32,000 nucleotides of DNA from Bellilinea caldifistulae (lineage in GTDB: Bacteria > Chloroflexota > Anaerolineae > Anaerolineales > Anaerolineaceae): NCBI RefSeq assembly GCF_001306055.1, contig NZ_LGHJ01000002.1, positions 1-32,000 of the forward strand. The letters are read 5' to 3'. Of this stretch, positions 15,590 through 23,590 are shown piece after piece. The position numbers and the translations under genes were made by a program. Numbering within the stretch: position 1 is the stretch's first letter; each line of letters starts with the position of its first letter. The notes below the pieces were generated by a model. It did no database searches. It had not been told where the DNA came from and saw only the letters and a program-made list of their open reading frames with translations.

Positions 15590-16304
15590 AAACCCCCTGT
15601 TGGGCGTTGCGCCGGATACGCAGCAGATCCCGCACCACCTGCCGAAAATCCCGGAGCAAGTGGACTTTGCTTTCGGGGTTGAAGTACCACGGGATGGGCA
15701 GTTCCACAATGCGATAACCGCGCCGCCGGGCGATGTAGAGGGCTTCCACATCGAATGTCCAGCCGTGTATGGTCACCAGCGGAAAGATTGTCTCGGCGGC
15801 TTCGGCTGAAAAGCACTTGAAGCCGCACTGAGTATCCCGCAAACCGGGCAAAGCCAGCAGGCGCACAGCCAGATTGAAACCCCGTCCGCTCAGATGACGG
15901 TAGATGGGCTCATTATAACGCACGGCACCCGGCGCCTCGCGCGAGGCAATGATGATGTCCCCCTCCGGTTTGAGCGGCGGAATGAAGCGGTTGACTTCCT
16001 CGATGGGCATGGAAAGGTCGGCATCGCAGATGAAACGGTATTCACCCTCAGCCGCCAGCATGCCGGCCCGCACCGCCAGCCCTTTGCCGCGTCCTTCGAG
16101 GTGCATGGCGCGCACAAAGGGATAATCCTGTTCAAACAGGCGGGCAATATCCAGGGTACGGTCGGTACTGCCGTTTTCGACCACCACCACCTCGTAGGTG
16201 TAATCCTGCCGGAGCAGAAAATTGGCAATTTTTTGGAGGGTATCCGGCAGCCGCCGTTCTTCGTTATAGGCGGGAATAATGATGGAAAGAAGGGGTGAGG
16301 TCAA
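15564..16304 (-). CDS. Family 2 glycosyltransferase (polyprenyl-phosphate glycosyltransferase-like)
   Basis: LSIIIPAYNEERRL ... VVVVENGSTDRT ... DADLS ... the GT-A/GT2 pattern. Length is 246 aa. Confidence 0.85.
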   Translation of the reverse strand: MTSPLLSIIIPAYNEERRLPDTLQKIANFLLRQDYTYEVVVVENGSTDRTLDIARLFEQDYPFVRAMHLEGRGKGLAVRAGMLAAEGEYRFICDADLSMPIEEVNRFIPPLKPEGDIIIASREAPGAVRYNEPIYRHLSGRGFNLAVRLLALPGLRDTQCGFKCFSAEAAETIFPLVTIHGWTFDVEALYIARRRGYRIVELPIPWYFNPESKVHLLRDFRQVVRDLLRIRRNAQQGVYDAHPASD

Positions 16305-16334
16305 AGTATGGTTGAAAAAGGTTGAAAAAACTGA

Positions 16335-16682
16335 TTAGAACAAAGGTGCCTGGGGCAGGCTGTCCTGCGGAGCTTCGCTATCCCCGCTGATCAACACCTC
16401 GCGCCCGTTATGGTTGACCAGCCGGACATTCCCAAACACCTCGAAAGTGCTGGCCAGATAGGGCTTGCGGGCGCCGATGACCACTTTTTGGCCTTTCTTA
16501 AGACGCTCCAGCAATTCCTGCCGGGAAATCAGCAGGCGGTCAGACCAGGTTGGGCCGCGCCGCTCGTAAATTCGGGCGGTTTTCAGGCTGCCGTCCTCAT
16601 TATAGCGCACCGCTTCAATGACTACATCGAAGCGTGAGGGCAAACTGGAGGGGGTTTTCTCTCGTTTGAGCAGTTTCATCAT
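16335..16682 (-). CDS. Hypothetical protein (115 aa)
   Basis: An ORF co-directional with and directly upstream of GT2-rnhB. Its codon usage looks native. No motif was recognised. Confidence 0.55.
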   Translation of the reverse strand: MMKLLKREKTPSSLPSRFDVVIEAVRYNEDGSLKTARIYERRGPTWSDRLLISRQELLERLKKGQKVVIGARKPYLASTFEVFGNVRLVNHNGREVLISGDSEAPQDSLPQAPLF

Positions 16683-16727
16683 GGCTGGGCTTCCACATGT
16701 TCAAAATCAGGCTGGGGTTTATCGGAC

Positions 16728-16753
16728 AAACCGCCGAGTGGACTCGGCGGTTT
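16728..16753 (-). terminator. Hairpin downstream of tRNA-Pro (probable terminator)
   Basis: AAACCGCCGAG-tgga-CTCGGCGGTTT is a perfect 11-bp stem. On the minus strand it ends in TTTG, 10 nt after the tRNA 3' end. Confidence 0.5.
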
Positions 16754-16762
16754 CTGGCCGTA

Positions 16763-16838
16763 TGGTCGGGGTGGGCGGACTTGAACCGCCGACCCCCGCG
16801 TCCCAAACGCGGTGCGCTGCCAACTGCGCTACACCCCG
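16763..16838 (-). tRNA. tRNA-Pro (anticodon UGG), CCA encoded
   Basis: The reverse complement reads CGGGGTG-TA-GCGC-AGTTGGCA-GCGC-A-CCGCG-TTTGGGA-CGCGG-GGGTC-GGCGG-TTCAAGT-CCGCC-CACCCCG-A-CCA. It forms a full cloverleaf of 76 nt, with G37 after anticodon TGG. Confidence 0.93.
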
Positions 16839-16862
16839 GCGGGTCAGAGTATAATCCGAACC

Positions 16863-17795
16863 ATGCTTAATCGTCAAGGAAGAAGGACGGCAAGGTTGTG
16901 GCTGGTGGTGTTGGGATGGCTGGTTTACGCCTGCGTACCGGCGCTGCCGGTCGCTGCGCCGCCCGAGACCGCAGCAACCTTAACCGCCACACCGCTGCCT
17001 GCCGGCAGACCAGCCACCCCGACGGCGACGCTTGCGCCGCAGCCCACCGCCGCCTCAATCCCCCAAGACGATTGCCGGCTGGAAGGCGGACGGGTGGAGC
17101 CGTTCAGCCAGCCTTCAGCGGTGATCGGCAAACCGCTGAGGGGTTACCTGTACCTGCCGCCCTGCTTTGAGCCGAATTCCGAACAGACCTTTCCGCTGGT
17201 GGTCTTGCTGCACGGTCAGTCGGCAGATGCCGGGCAGTGGCTGGGGCTGGGTCTGGCCGAGACGGCTGATCGCCTGATTGCCGAAAGGGTCATCCCACCG
17301 CTGGTGATTGCCCTGCCGTACGAGGAATACTCGTTGCGCAATCCCTACGAAAGCGGTTATGATCTGGCTCTGCTCGAAGAATTTTTACCGTGGCTGGTTG
17401 GAGAGTATCCGGCGGTTTGCCGGGAGGTAGCCTGCCGCGCGCTGGGTGGGCTTTCGCGGGGGGGCGGGTGGGCGCTGATGATCGGCCTGACCCGACCCGG
17501 ACGATTTGCGGCCATTGGCGGGCACTCTGCCCCGCCGTTTTACGGCATGGAAAGCCGCCTGACAATTGGGTTAAAGGAGAATTCTGCCGAAAGTTTCCCG
17601 GCCGTGTATCTCGATGTTGGGGAAAAAGACCGCTACTACCGCGCGATTGAGGAATTTCACAACCGGCTTGCCGAGCTGGGCGTCCCGCATGAATGGCGGG
17701 TCAACCCCGGTGCCCACGACGAGGATTACTGGCGCAGTCAGGTGGAAAATTACCTGCGCTGGTACGGAAGCATCCTGCCGGGTATGATAGAATGA
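16863..17795 (+). CDS. Secreted alpha/beta-hydrolase, putative esterase family
   Basis: N-terminal hydrophobic signal (ARLWLVVLGWLVYACVPALP), PLVVLLHGQSADAGQW, and the nucleophile elbow GGLSRGGGWAL. The start is ATG 16863. Confidence 0.72.
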   Translation: MLNRQGRRTARLWLVVLGWLVYACVPALPVAAPPETAATLTATPLPAGRPATPTATLAPQPTAASIPQDDCRLEGGRVEPFSQPSAVIGKPLRGYLYLPPCFEPNSEQTFPLVVLLHGQSADAGQWLGLGLAETADRLIAERVIPPLVIALPYEEYSLRNPYESGYDLALLEEFLPWLVGEYPAVCREVACRALGGLSRGGGWALMIGLTRPGRFAAIGGHSAPPFYGMESRLTIGLKENSAESFPAVYLDVGEKDRYYRAIEEFHNRLAELGVPHEWRVNPGAHDEDYWRSQVENYLRWYGSILPGMIE

Positions 17796-19186
17796 ATACA
17801 AATTTCGGACAGGCTTGGAAAATGGTCGTGGCATCCTCCGACATAAAAAAACAACTCAAGACCTTGAGTGAATTACTGCAAGGCGATTTGGATTTTCACC
17901 AGATGCAGAGTTCTTACGCATCGCATAACTTCCATTCATTCCCGGCTAAGTTCCCGCCTCAATTACCCCATGTATTTATCCAAAATCTTACGGACGTTGG
18001 AGAAATTGTCCTTGATCCTATGAATGGATCGGGAACAACTGTGCTGGAAGCACGACTGGCCAAGCGGATTGGTATTGGTCTGGATATTGACCCGCTGGCG
18101 TTGAAAATTTCTCAAGTCAAAACCTGCTCGTTGAAACCGTTAGCGGTGTACGAAACAGGCTTGCGCCTGCTAAAAGCCGCCCGCATGATGCTGGATACTT
18201 CTCCCGAGATCATCGAAAATTATCTCCAAAGCCGGTGGGATGATGAAACCCGCCAATTTGTTGATTACTGGTTCTTGAAATCTGTTCAAAGAGAACTGGC
18301 CTCGTTACGAATTCAAATTGAAAAAATTGATGACCTTGCCCTGCGTCGTTTCTTTGATGTCGTGTTTTCGGGAATTATTATTACGAAATCCGGTGGCGTT
18401 TCGATGGCGTTGGATTTAGCTCACACACGGCCTCATCGTGTTAAGCAAGTCCTTGATAAAAACAGCCAAATCCTGTTTTCAGAAATTGAAGAAAGCCAGC
18501 CACCTCGCTCTCATTGGGTCAAGAAATATCGTTCTCCTTTTGAGGAATTTGAGAAAAAACTCAAAGTCAACATTAGAGGCCTGCAAGAGATAACCTCGTT
18601 GCCGGTTTATCACATCCTCAGCGATGCTCAAAAAATCCCTTTGAAAGACAATATTGTTGACTTGATAGTAACTTCGCCTCCCTATGCCTCCAATGCAATT
18701 GATTACATGCGAGCGCATAAGTTTTCACTGGTCTGGCTGGGGTATTCCATTTCCTCCCTGAGCAGTAAAAGAAGTGAATATATTGGCGCTGAGTCGCAAC
18801 CCAGAACCAGCGCCGAAGTTCTTCCTGCTTATACCCAATCTGTTATCGTGGACATATCCTCATTGGATAAACGGAAAGGCATGGCGCTCGAACGGTATTA
18901 TTCGGAAATGAAACGGGTGCTAACGGAAATTTACCGGGTTTTGAAGCCGGGAAAATGTGCCATAGTCGTGGTTGCCACCTCGATTTTGCGGGGTAGAAAT
19001 ACTCAAACACATCTCTGTCTTGCGGATATTGGTAAACAATTGGGCTTTATTGTTCCTGAAATTGGAGTAAGAAATTTAGATCGAGATAAACGTATGATGC
19101 CAGCGACTCTACAAAATAATTCCGAATCACAAATTCAACAACGAATGCACGAGGAATATGTAATCGGTTTCTATAAACCTGCCTAG
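17792..19186 (+). CDS. Type II DNA amino-methyltransferase (N4-C or N6-A), SPPY type
   Basis: The AdoMet motif VLDPMNGSGTTVLEA (nt about 18014) precedes the catalytic motif DLIVTSPPYA (nt 18671-18685) by about 220 aa. G+C is low. The ATG at 17792 overlaps the esterase stop (ATGA). Confidence 0.85.
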   Translation: MNTNFGQAWKMVVASSDIKKQLKTLSELLQGDLDFHQMQSSYASHNFHSFPAKFPPQLPHVFIQNLTDVGEIVLDPMNGSGTTVLEARLAKRIGIGLDIDPLALKISQVKTCSLKPLAVYETGLRLLKAARMMLDTSPEIIENYLQSRWDDETRQFVDYWFLKSVQRELASLRIQIEKIDDLALRRFFDVVFSGIIITKSGGVSMALDLAHTRPHRVKQVLDKNSQILFSEIEESQPPRSHWVKKYRSPFEEFEKKLKVNIRGLQEITSLPVYHILSDAQKIPLKDNIVDLIVTSPPYASNAIDYMRAHKFSLVWLGYSISSLSSKRSEYIGAESQPRTSAEVLPAYTQSVIVDISSLDKRKGMALERYYSEMKRVLTEIYRVLKPGKCAIVVVATSILRGRNTQTHLCLADIGKQLGFIVPEIGVRNLDRDKRMMPATLQNNSESQIQQRMHEEYVIGFYKPA

Positions 19187-19194
19187 AGGGAGCA

Positions 19195-20094
19195 ATGAGC
19201 GAGCTCAGTTCACTAAGGAAAAACTATCATCAAGAAATTCTCCAAAAGATTGTTCGTCTTAACACTCATCCTGACAAGGGTAGTAGATATCCATCTTTTG
19301 CTGATAGCAGCAGCAAAAACAGCATTGCAATTGCGTGGAAATTAATCGAAAAAATCAATACGGAGAGTATAACCTTTGTTGAGGATCAATCCATCACAGC
19401 TCAAACAGCCGGTGGACGCTTTGAGGAAATTACGCGTAACTTCTTACAAAATGCACTTGATCTGCTCACTCACCTCAGGGTTGGCGAGTGGCTCTATTAC
19501 ACCAGCATCCCGATTTCACGATTCGATCAATATGAACATTTAGCTGCTTTGGAAAAATTGAGCCGTGAAAATCCGCAAATTGCTGCCACACTTGGGGGAG
19601 ATTACATCATCAAGCCGGATATTGTCGTAGCAAAAAAGCCTGTTTATCCTTCAAATATCAACCGCCCTCAAAGAGAAGTCATTTCTGATGACGAAGAAAT
19701 TGCTGCGTTTTCTCCATTTATCTTTCGTTCCAATGCGCCGGAAAAATTGATATTGCATGCCAGTATTTCTTGTAAATGGACTTTGCGAAGTGATCGTGGT
19801 CAGAATTCGCGGACGGAAGCATTAAATCTCATTCGTAACCGCAAGGGAAGCGTCCCAAAAATTGTGGCCGTTACCGGTGAACCTTTGCCGATGCGAATTG
19901 CCTCTCTGGCGTTGGGTACTGGCGATTTGGACTGTGTATACCACTTTGCGCTCCCGGAATTACAGAAAGCCATTGAAGAATTAATTGAAAATACCGGGAG
20001 CAGCTTGGAAGATCAAAAAGATATGCTCAATACCCTCATCGAAGGACGGCGCTTGCGGGACATCAGCGACTTGCCTTTCGATTTGTTGCTCTAA
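19195..20094 (+). CDS. Type II restriction endonuclease, NgoMIV/Cfr10I-like (CCGG-core family)
   Basis: IKPDIVV (PD) followed by ISCKWTLRSDRGQN (nt 19765-19797). From memory this matches the S-x-K catalytic and R-S-D-R CCGG-recognition block of NgoMIV. It sits 8 nt downstream of the MTase, has GAGGGAG as SD, and is low in G+C. Confidence 0.68.
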   Translation: MSELSSLRKNYHQEILQKIVRLNTHPDKGSRYPSFADSSSKNSIAIAWKLIEKINTESITFVEDQSITAQTAGGRFEEITRNFLQNALDLLTHLRVGEWLYYTSIPISRFDQYEHLAALEKLSRENPQIAATLGGDYIIKPDIVVAKKPVYPSNINRPQREVISDDEEIAAFSPFIFRSNAPEKLILHASISCKWTLRSDRGQNSRTEALNLIRNRKGSVPKIVAVTGEPLPMRIASLALGTGDLDCVYHFALPELQKAIEELIENTGSSLEDQKDMLNTLIEGRRLRDISDLPFDLLL

Positions 20095-20633
20095 ATCTGT
20101 GATTGAGTTACTAACCGGTATAGCCGGATTTGCCGACTCGAGCGTCGCAGGGTGCGCGTTTCGACCCATTCGCCGCCGGCTGCCTCGATCCGTGTGGCAG
20201 TTTCGGTGTCCTCTTCCGCGCAGGTCAACCTTACCTCGCTCAATCCCATCGCGGCAGCCTGAGCCAGCGTCAGGCGCAACAGGGCATCCTCATAACCCTT
20301 GCCGCGCTCCGAGGGGCGGATTTCGACGCTGATTTGACCGCCTTTTTCCAGCAGCGTATCTGCCATGCGGTGGCGCAGCCGGCTGAAACCAAGCAGAGTC
20401 TTTTCATCACCCACCAGCCAGAAAGTCGTTTGCGGCACGACACCCGGCGGTAGGTCGTCCTCCCGGCTTTCCTCTGCCAGATTTTGCAGGAAGATGAAAA
20501 AGGTCTCATCACTGCCCTTGAGCAAACCGTTGAAGCGGGTATCCCCTGCGGCGTGAAAATCCCGCGCCAGATCCAACAGTTCCTCGCGCCATTCGGGGGT
20601 CAATTGAATCAGGTTCAGGTTTTCGGCGTTCAT
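20091..20633 (-). CDS. GNAT family N-acetyltransferase
   Basis: ISVEIRPSERGKGYEDALLRLTLAQAAAMGLSEVRLTC is a GNAT motif A-like block. The ATG at 20633 overlaps the fur-family stop (ATGA). Confidence 0.72.
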   Translation of the reverse strand: MNAENLNLIQLTPEWREELLDLARDFHAAGDTRFNGLLKGSDETFFIFLQNLAEESREDDLPPGVVPQTTFWLVGDEKTLLGFSRLRHRMADTLLEKGGQISVEIRPSERGKGYEDALLRLTLAQAAAMGLSEVRLTCAEEDTETATRIEAAGGEWVETRTLRRSSRQIRLYRLVTQSQI

Positions 20634-21031
20634 GGTTTCGTCCCTTCCTCTGACTTCTGGCAGGCAGGGCAAATCCCGAACAAAATCAAGTGATTGGTGA
20701 CAATTTTATAACTGTACTGACCGGCAATGCCGGAAAACAGCCCCTCTACTTGCTGGTGAGAGAGCGTTTCCACCCTGCCGCACTGCTGACAAACCAAATG
20801 GTGATGCGGAGGATCGCTGAAGGCTTCATAAACTGCCGCACCGCTGCCAATATCCGATACCGAAATGTGCCCCTTCTTTGCCAGCCGTTCCAATGCCCGG
20901 TAAACGGTGGAGGGGTTAACCGCCGGCAGGCGGGGTTGTATCTGCTCGTACACCTGCGCCGCCGTCAGGTGGCCGGGTGCATGGGCGTTTAACACGTCCA
21001 GAATGGCTGCATCAACTGAGGAAGATTTCAT
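20630..21031 (-). CDS. Fur-family metalloregulator
   Basis: A winged-helix N-terminus (LTAAQVYEQI..STVYRALERLAKKG), HHHLVCQQCGRV ... CPAC, which is the Fur family metal-site pattern. The start is set at ATG 21031, because the ORF-track start at 21049 is a TTG inside the operator. Confidence 0.85.
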   Translation of the reverse strand: MKSSSVDAAILDVLNAHAPGHLTAAQVYEQIQPRLPAVNPSTVYRALERLAKKGHISVSDIGSGAAVYEAFSDPPHHHLVCQQCGRVETLSHQQVEGLFSGIAGQYSYKIVTNHLILFGICPACQKSEEGTKP

Positions 21032-21043
21032 TTCAACACTGTT

Positions 21044-21065
21044 TTGCAAATATTTGCATTTGCAA
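21044..21065. promoter_or_regulatory. Candidate Fur-family operator overlapping the cbiM promoter
   Basis: TTGCAA (21044-21049)-atat-TTGCAT (21054-21059)-TTGCAA (21060-21065). It contains the 14-bp palindrome TGCAAATATTTGCA. TATAAT at 21075-21080 lies 16 nt after TTTGCA (21053-21058). Confidence 0.45.
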
Positions 21066-21129
21066 ATTTTGGATTATAATATGTTTACTCCCTTTTCCCC
21101 AATTCTATCAAATTTATGAGGATTCCGAC

Positions 21130-22083
21130 ATGCTTTACAGTCCCCAACCCATGCACATTCCCGATGGTTTTCTTTCGCTGCCGGTTGCGCTGGCATTATG
21201 GGTGGTTTCGATTGGGCTGATCGGCATTGCCATCCGCCGGTTGGAACACACCCTCTCGGAACGAGAAATTCCCCTTATGGGCATTCTGGCGGCAGCCATT
21301 TTTGCCGGCCAAATGTTGAACTTTTCGGTGACCGGCGGCACCTCCGGCCATTTGCTGGGGGCAGCCCTGGCGACCATTCTGCTCGGCCCCTACCCGGCCA
21401 TGCTGGTGATGACCGCCGTGGTCAGCGTGCAGGCGCTGCTCTTTCAGGATGGCGGGCTGGTGGTGATGGGCGCTAACCTGTTCAACATGGCGATTGTCGG
21501 GGTGTGGGTGGCGTACGCCGTTTTCTCCCTTATCCGCCGGTTGACGGGGGAAACGCGCGCCGGCCTGCTGGCGGGTGGTTTTGCCGCGGCGTGGAGCTCG
21601 ATTTTCGTTGCCGCGCTGGCCTGCGCCTTGGAACTGGCTCTCTCGGGGACTTCACCCGCCAATCTGGCTGTGCCGGCCATGGGCGGTATTCACGCCCTGA
21701 TCGGCATCGGCGAGGGGCTGATCACGGTTGGCGCCCTGGCTTTCATTTACGCAGCCCGGCGCGATTTGCTCACCCCGGCAGGACGTTCTCAGGCGGTCAA
21801 CCGCCCGGTCTGGCTGGGCGGCGGGCTGATTGCGCTGGTGCTGGTGGTCTTTTCGCCGCTGGCTTCCAGCCATCCCGATGGCCTGGAATGGGTTGCCGAA
21901 CAACTGCAGTTTATCGAAACCGCCCGCCCGCCCGCATTTGAAATCATCCCTGATTATCTTGTCCCCGGCATCTCCAATGAGGCGCTGGCAACCATTCTGG
22001 CCGGGGTCATCGGGCTGGTGGTGGTCAGTCTGGCGGCTATGTCGGCGGGGCTGGCACGTCGGCGGACACGCCCGCAGGGTTGA
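21130..22083 (+). CDS. cbiM: ECF transporter S component CbiM/NikM with a C-terminal PDGLE-domain extension
   Basis: MHIPDGFLS is the hallmark CbiM N-terminus. The C-terminus has TM-SSHPDGLEWVAEQ-TM. GAGGA lies 8 nt upstream of ATG 21130. The conserved Met-His begins at the alternative ATG 21151. Confidence 0.85.
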   Translation: MLYSPQPMHIPDGFLSLPVALALWVVSIGLIGIAIRRLEHTLSEREIPLMGILAAAIFAGQMLNFSVTGGTSGHLLGAALATILLGPYPAMLVMTAVVSVQALLFQDGGLVVMGANLFNMAIVGVWVAYAVFSLIRRLTGETRAGLLAGGFAAAWSSIFVAALACALELALSGTSPANLAVPAMGGIHALIGIGEGLITVGALAFIYAARRDLLTPAGRSQAVNRPVWLGGGLIALVLVVFSPLASSHPDGLEWVAEQLQFIETARPPAFEIIPDYLVPGISNEALATILAGVIGLVVVSLAAMSAGLARRRTRPQG

Positions 22084-22889
22084 TGGACGAATCCTTCCCG
22101 CCCCTGACGGTCGGCGGACGCGGGCTGTACGGTCTGGACGGACGGGTCAAAGTACCCCTGACCCTGGGGCTGATTCTGACGGCTGCTTTGCTGCCCAACC
22201 GCCCCGGGGGTGCCTACCTTCTATTAATCAGTGCCTTGTGGGCGGCGGCTCTGGTCAGTGGTGTGCCGCTCACCCGTCTGATTCGGCGCGGCTGGCTGGC
22301 GGGGCCGTTCGGGCTGGCTGCCCTGCCGTTGCTCTTTACCACACCCGGCACGCCCCTGCTGACTCTGCCGGTGGGGGAAGGGCTGACCCTGACCGCCGCC
22401 GGCCTGATGCGCTTTACCGCCGTTTTGCTCAAAGCCTGGATTTCGCTGCAAGCCGCTGCCCTGCTGACGCTGACAACTTCCATCCCTGCCATCCTTCTCG
22501 CCCTGCGCGCTCTGAAAGTTCCCCGCCTGCTCCTGATGGTCATTGCCCTGATGAGTCGCTACCTGTTCGTTTTTGGCGAAACCGCCCGCCAATTACTGCA
22601 AGCCCGCGAAGCGCGTAGCAGCCAGCCCGACCCGCACCGCCGGACGGGCGGGAGTCTGGGGTGGCGGGCGCGGGTCACCGGCGGGATGGCCGGCAGTCTG
22701 CTGATTCGTTCCTTCGAGCGCGCCGAACGGGTGTATGCTGCCATGCTGGCGCGTGGCTACGATGGCGAGGTGCGCGCTCTTCCCCAGCCCGACCTTTCCC
22801 CGGATGCGTATCGCATCCTCGGTGGTGGTGCGTTTTTCTTCTTGCTGGTGATTGCTTTCGGATGGCTGACGACCGGAGGCGGGCGATGA
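22083..22889 (+). CDS. cbiQ: ECF transporter T component
   Basis: A polytopic membrane protein with the EcfT-type ARG-rich loop (...ARSSQP...RSFERAERVYAAMLARGY). Its start overlaps the cbiM stop (TGATG). Confidence 0.82.
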   Translation: MDESFPPLTVGGRGLYGLDGRVKVPLTLGLILTAALLPNRPGGAYLLLISALWAAALVSGVPLTRLIRRGWLAGPFGLAALPLLFTTPGTPLLTLPVGEGLTLTAAGLMRFTAVLLKAWISLQAAALLTLTTSIPAILLALRALKVPRLLLMVIALMSRYLFVFGETARQLLQAREARSSQPDPHRRTGGSLGWRARVTGGMAGSLLIRSFERAERVYAAMLARGYDGEVRALPQPDLSPDAYRILGGGAFFFLLVIAFGWLTTGGGR

Positions 22890-23590
22890 ATCCGTTTCTG
22901 GAAGTCGAAAACCTGACCTACACCTATCCCGATGGGCGACCGGCTCTGCGCGGGATCGGCTTGAAAATCCTGCCCGGTGAACGGGTTGCGCTGGTTGGCC
23001 CGAACGGCGCCGGTAAATCCACCCTGCTGCTGGCGCTGGCCGGTATTTTACGCGCCGAAGGCCGCATTCTTGTAGATGGCACACTCCTGACGCCCGCCAG
23101 CCTGCCGCGTCTGCGTGCCCGTATCGGGTTGGTCTTCCAACTACCGGATGACCAGTTGTTTTCCCCCACCGTGTACGAGGACGTGGCGTTTGCTCCCCTG
23201 TATCAGGATCTGCCCCCCGGCGAGGTGCATGCGCGGGTTGAAGAAGCCCTGGCCGGGGTGGGGATGCAGGCGTTCGCCGGACGGATGCCGCACCATCTGA
23301 GCATGGGTGAAAAGAAACGGGTTGCCATTGCCACCGTGCTGGCAATGCGCCCGGCCATGCTGCTGCTGGATGAACCCAGCGCCGGTCTGGATCCGCGTGG
23401 GCGGCGCGAATTGATTTCCCTGCTCAACGGCTTGCCGCAAACCTTGCTGATCGCCACCCACGATTTGGATCTGGCCGGGCGACTCTGCCCGCGCATGGTG
23501 ATTCTGGACGGGGGGCAAATTGTGGCCGATGGCGAAAGCCGCGCCCTGCTGGCCGATGCAGACCTGCTCGCCGCTCACGGGCTGGTTTGA
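22886..23590 (+). CDS. cbiO: ECF transporter ATPase
   Basis: Walker A GPNGAGKSTLL, signature LSMGEKKRVAIA, Walker B LLLLDEP. The ATGA overlaps the cbiQ stop. Confidence 0.9.
   Translation: MNPFLEVENLTYTYPDGRPALRGIGLKILPGERVALVGPNGAGKSTLLLALAGILRAEGRILVDGTLLTPASLPRLRARIGLVFQLPDDQLFSPTVYEDVAFAPLYQDLPPGEVHARVEEALAGVGMQAFAGRMPHHLSMGEKKRVAIATVLAMRPAMLLLDEPSAGLDPRGRRELISLLNGLPQTLLIATHDLDLAGRLCPRMVILDGGQIVADGESRALLADADLLAAHGLV

Noticed and set aside
16763-20094. tRNA-Pro considered as the integration site of the low-GC R-M island
   Set aside because: A native high-GC esterase gene (16863-17795) separates the tRNA from the island. I saw no integrase and no direct repeat of the tRNA 3' end at the island borders.
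21830-22618. 262-aa plus-strand ORF and other alternative-frame ORFs inside cbiM/cbiQ (21504..21941, 22224..22592 on the minus strand)
   Set aside because: They are out of frame with clearly recognisable ECF components and have a Pro/Arg/Gly-rich composition. They are not supported.
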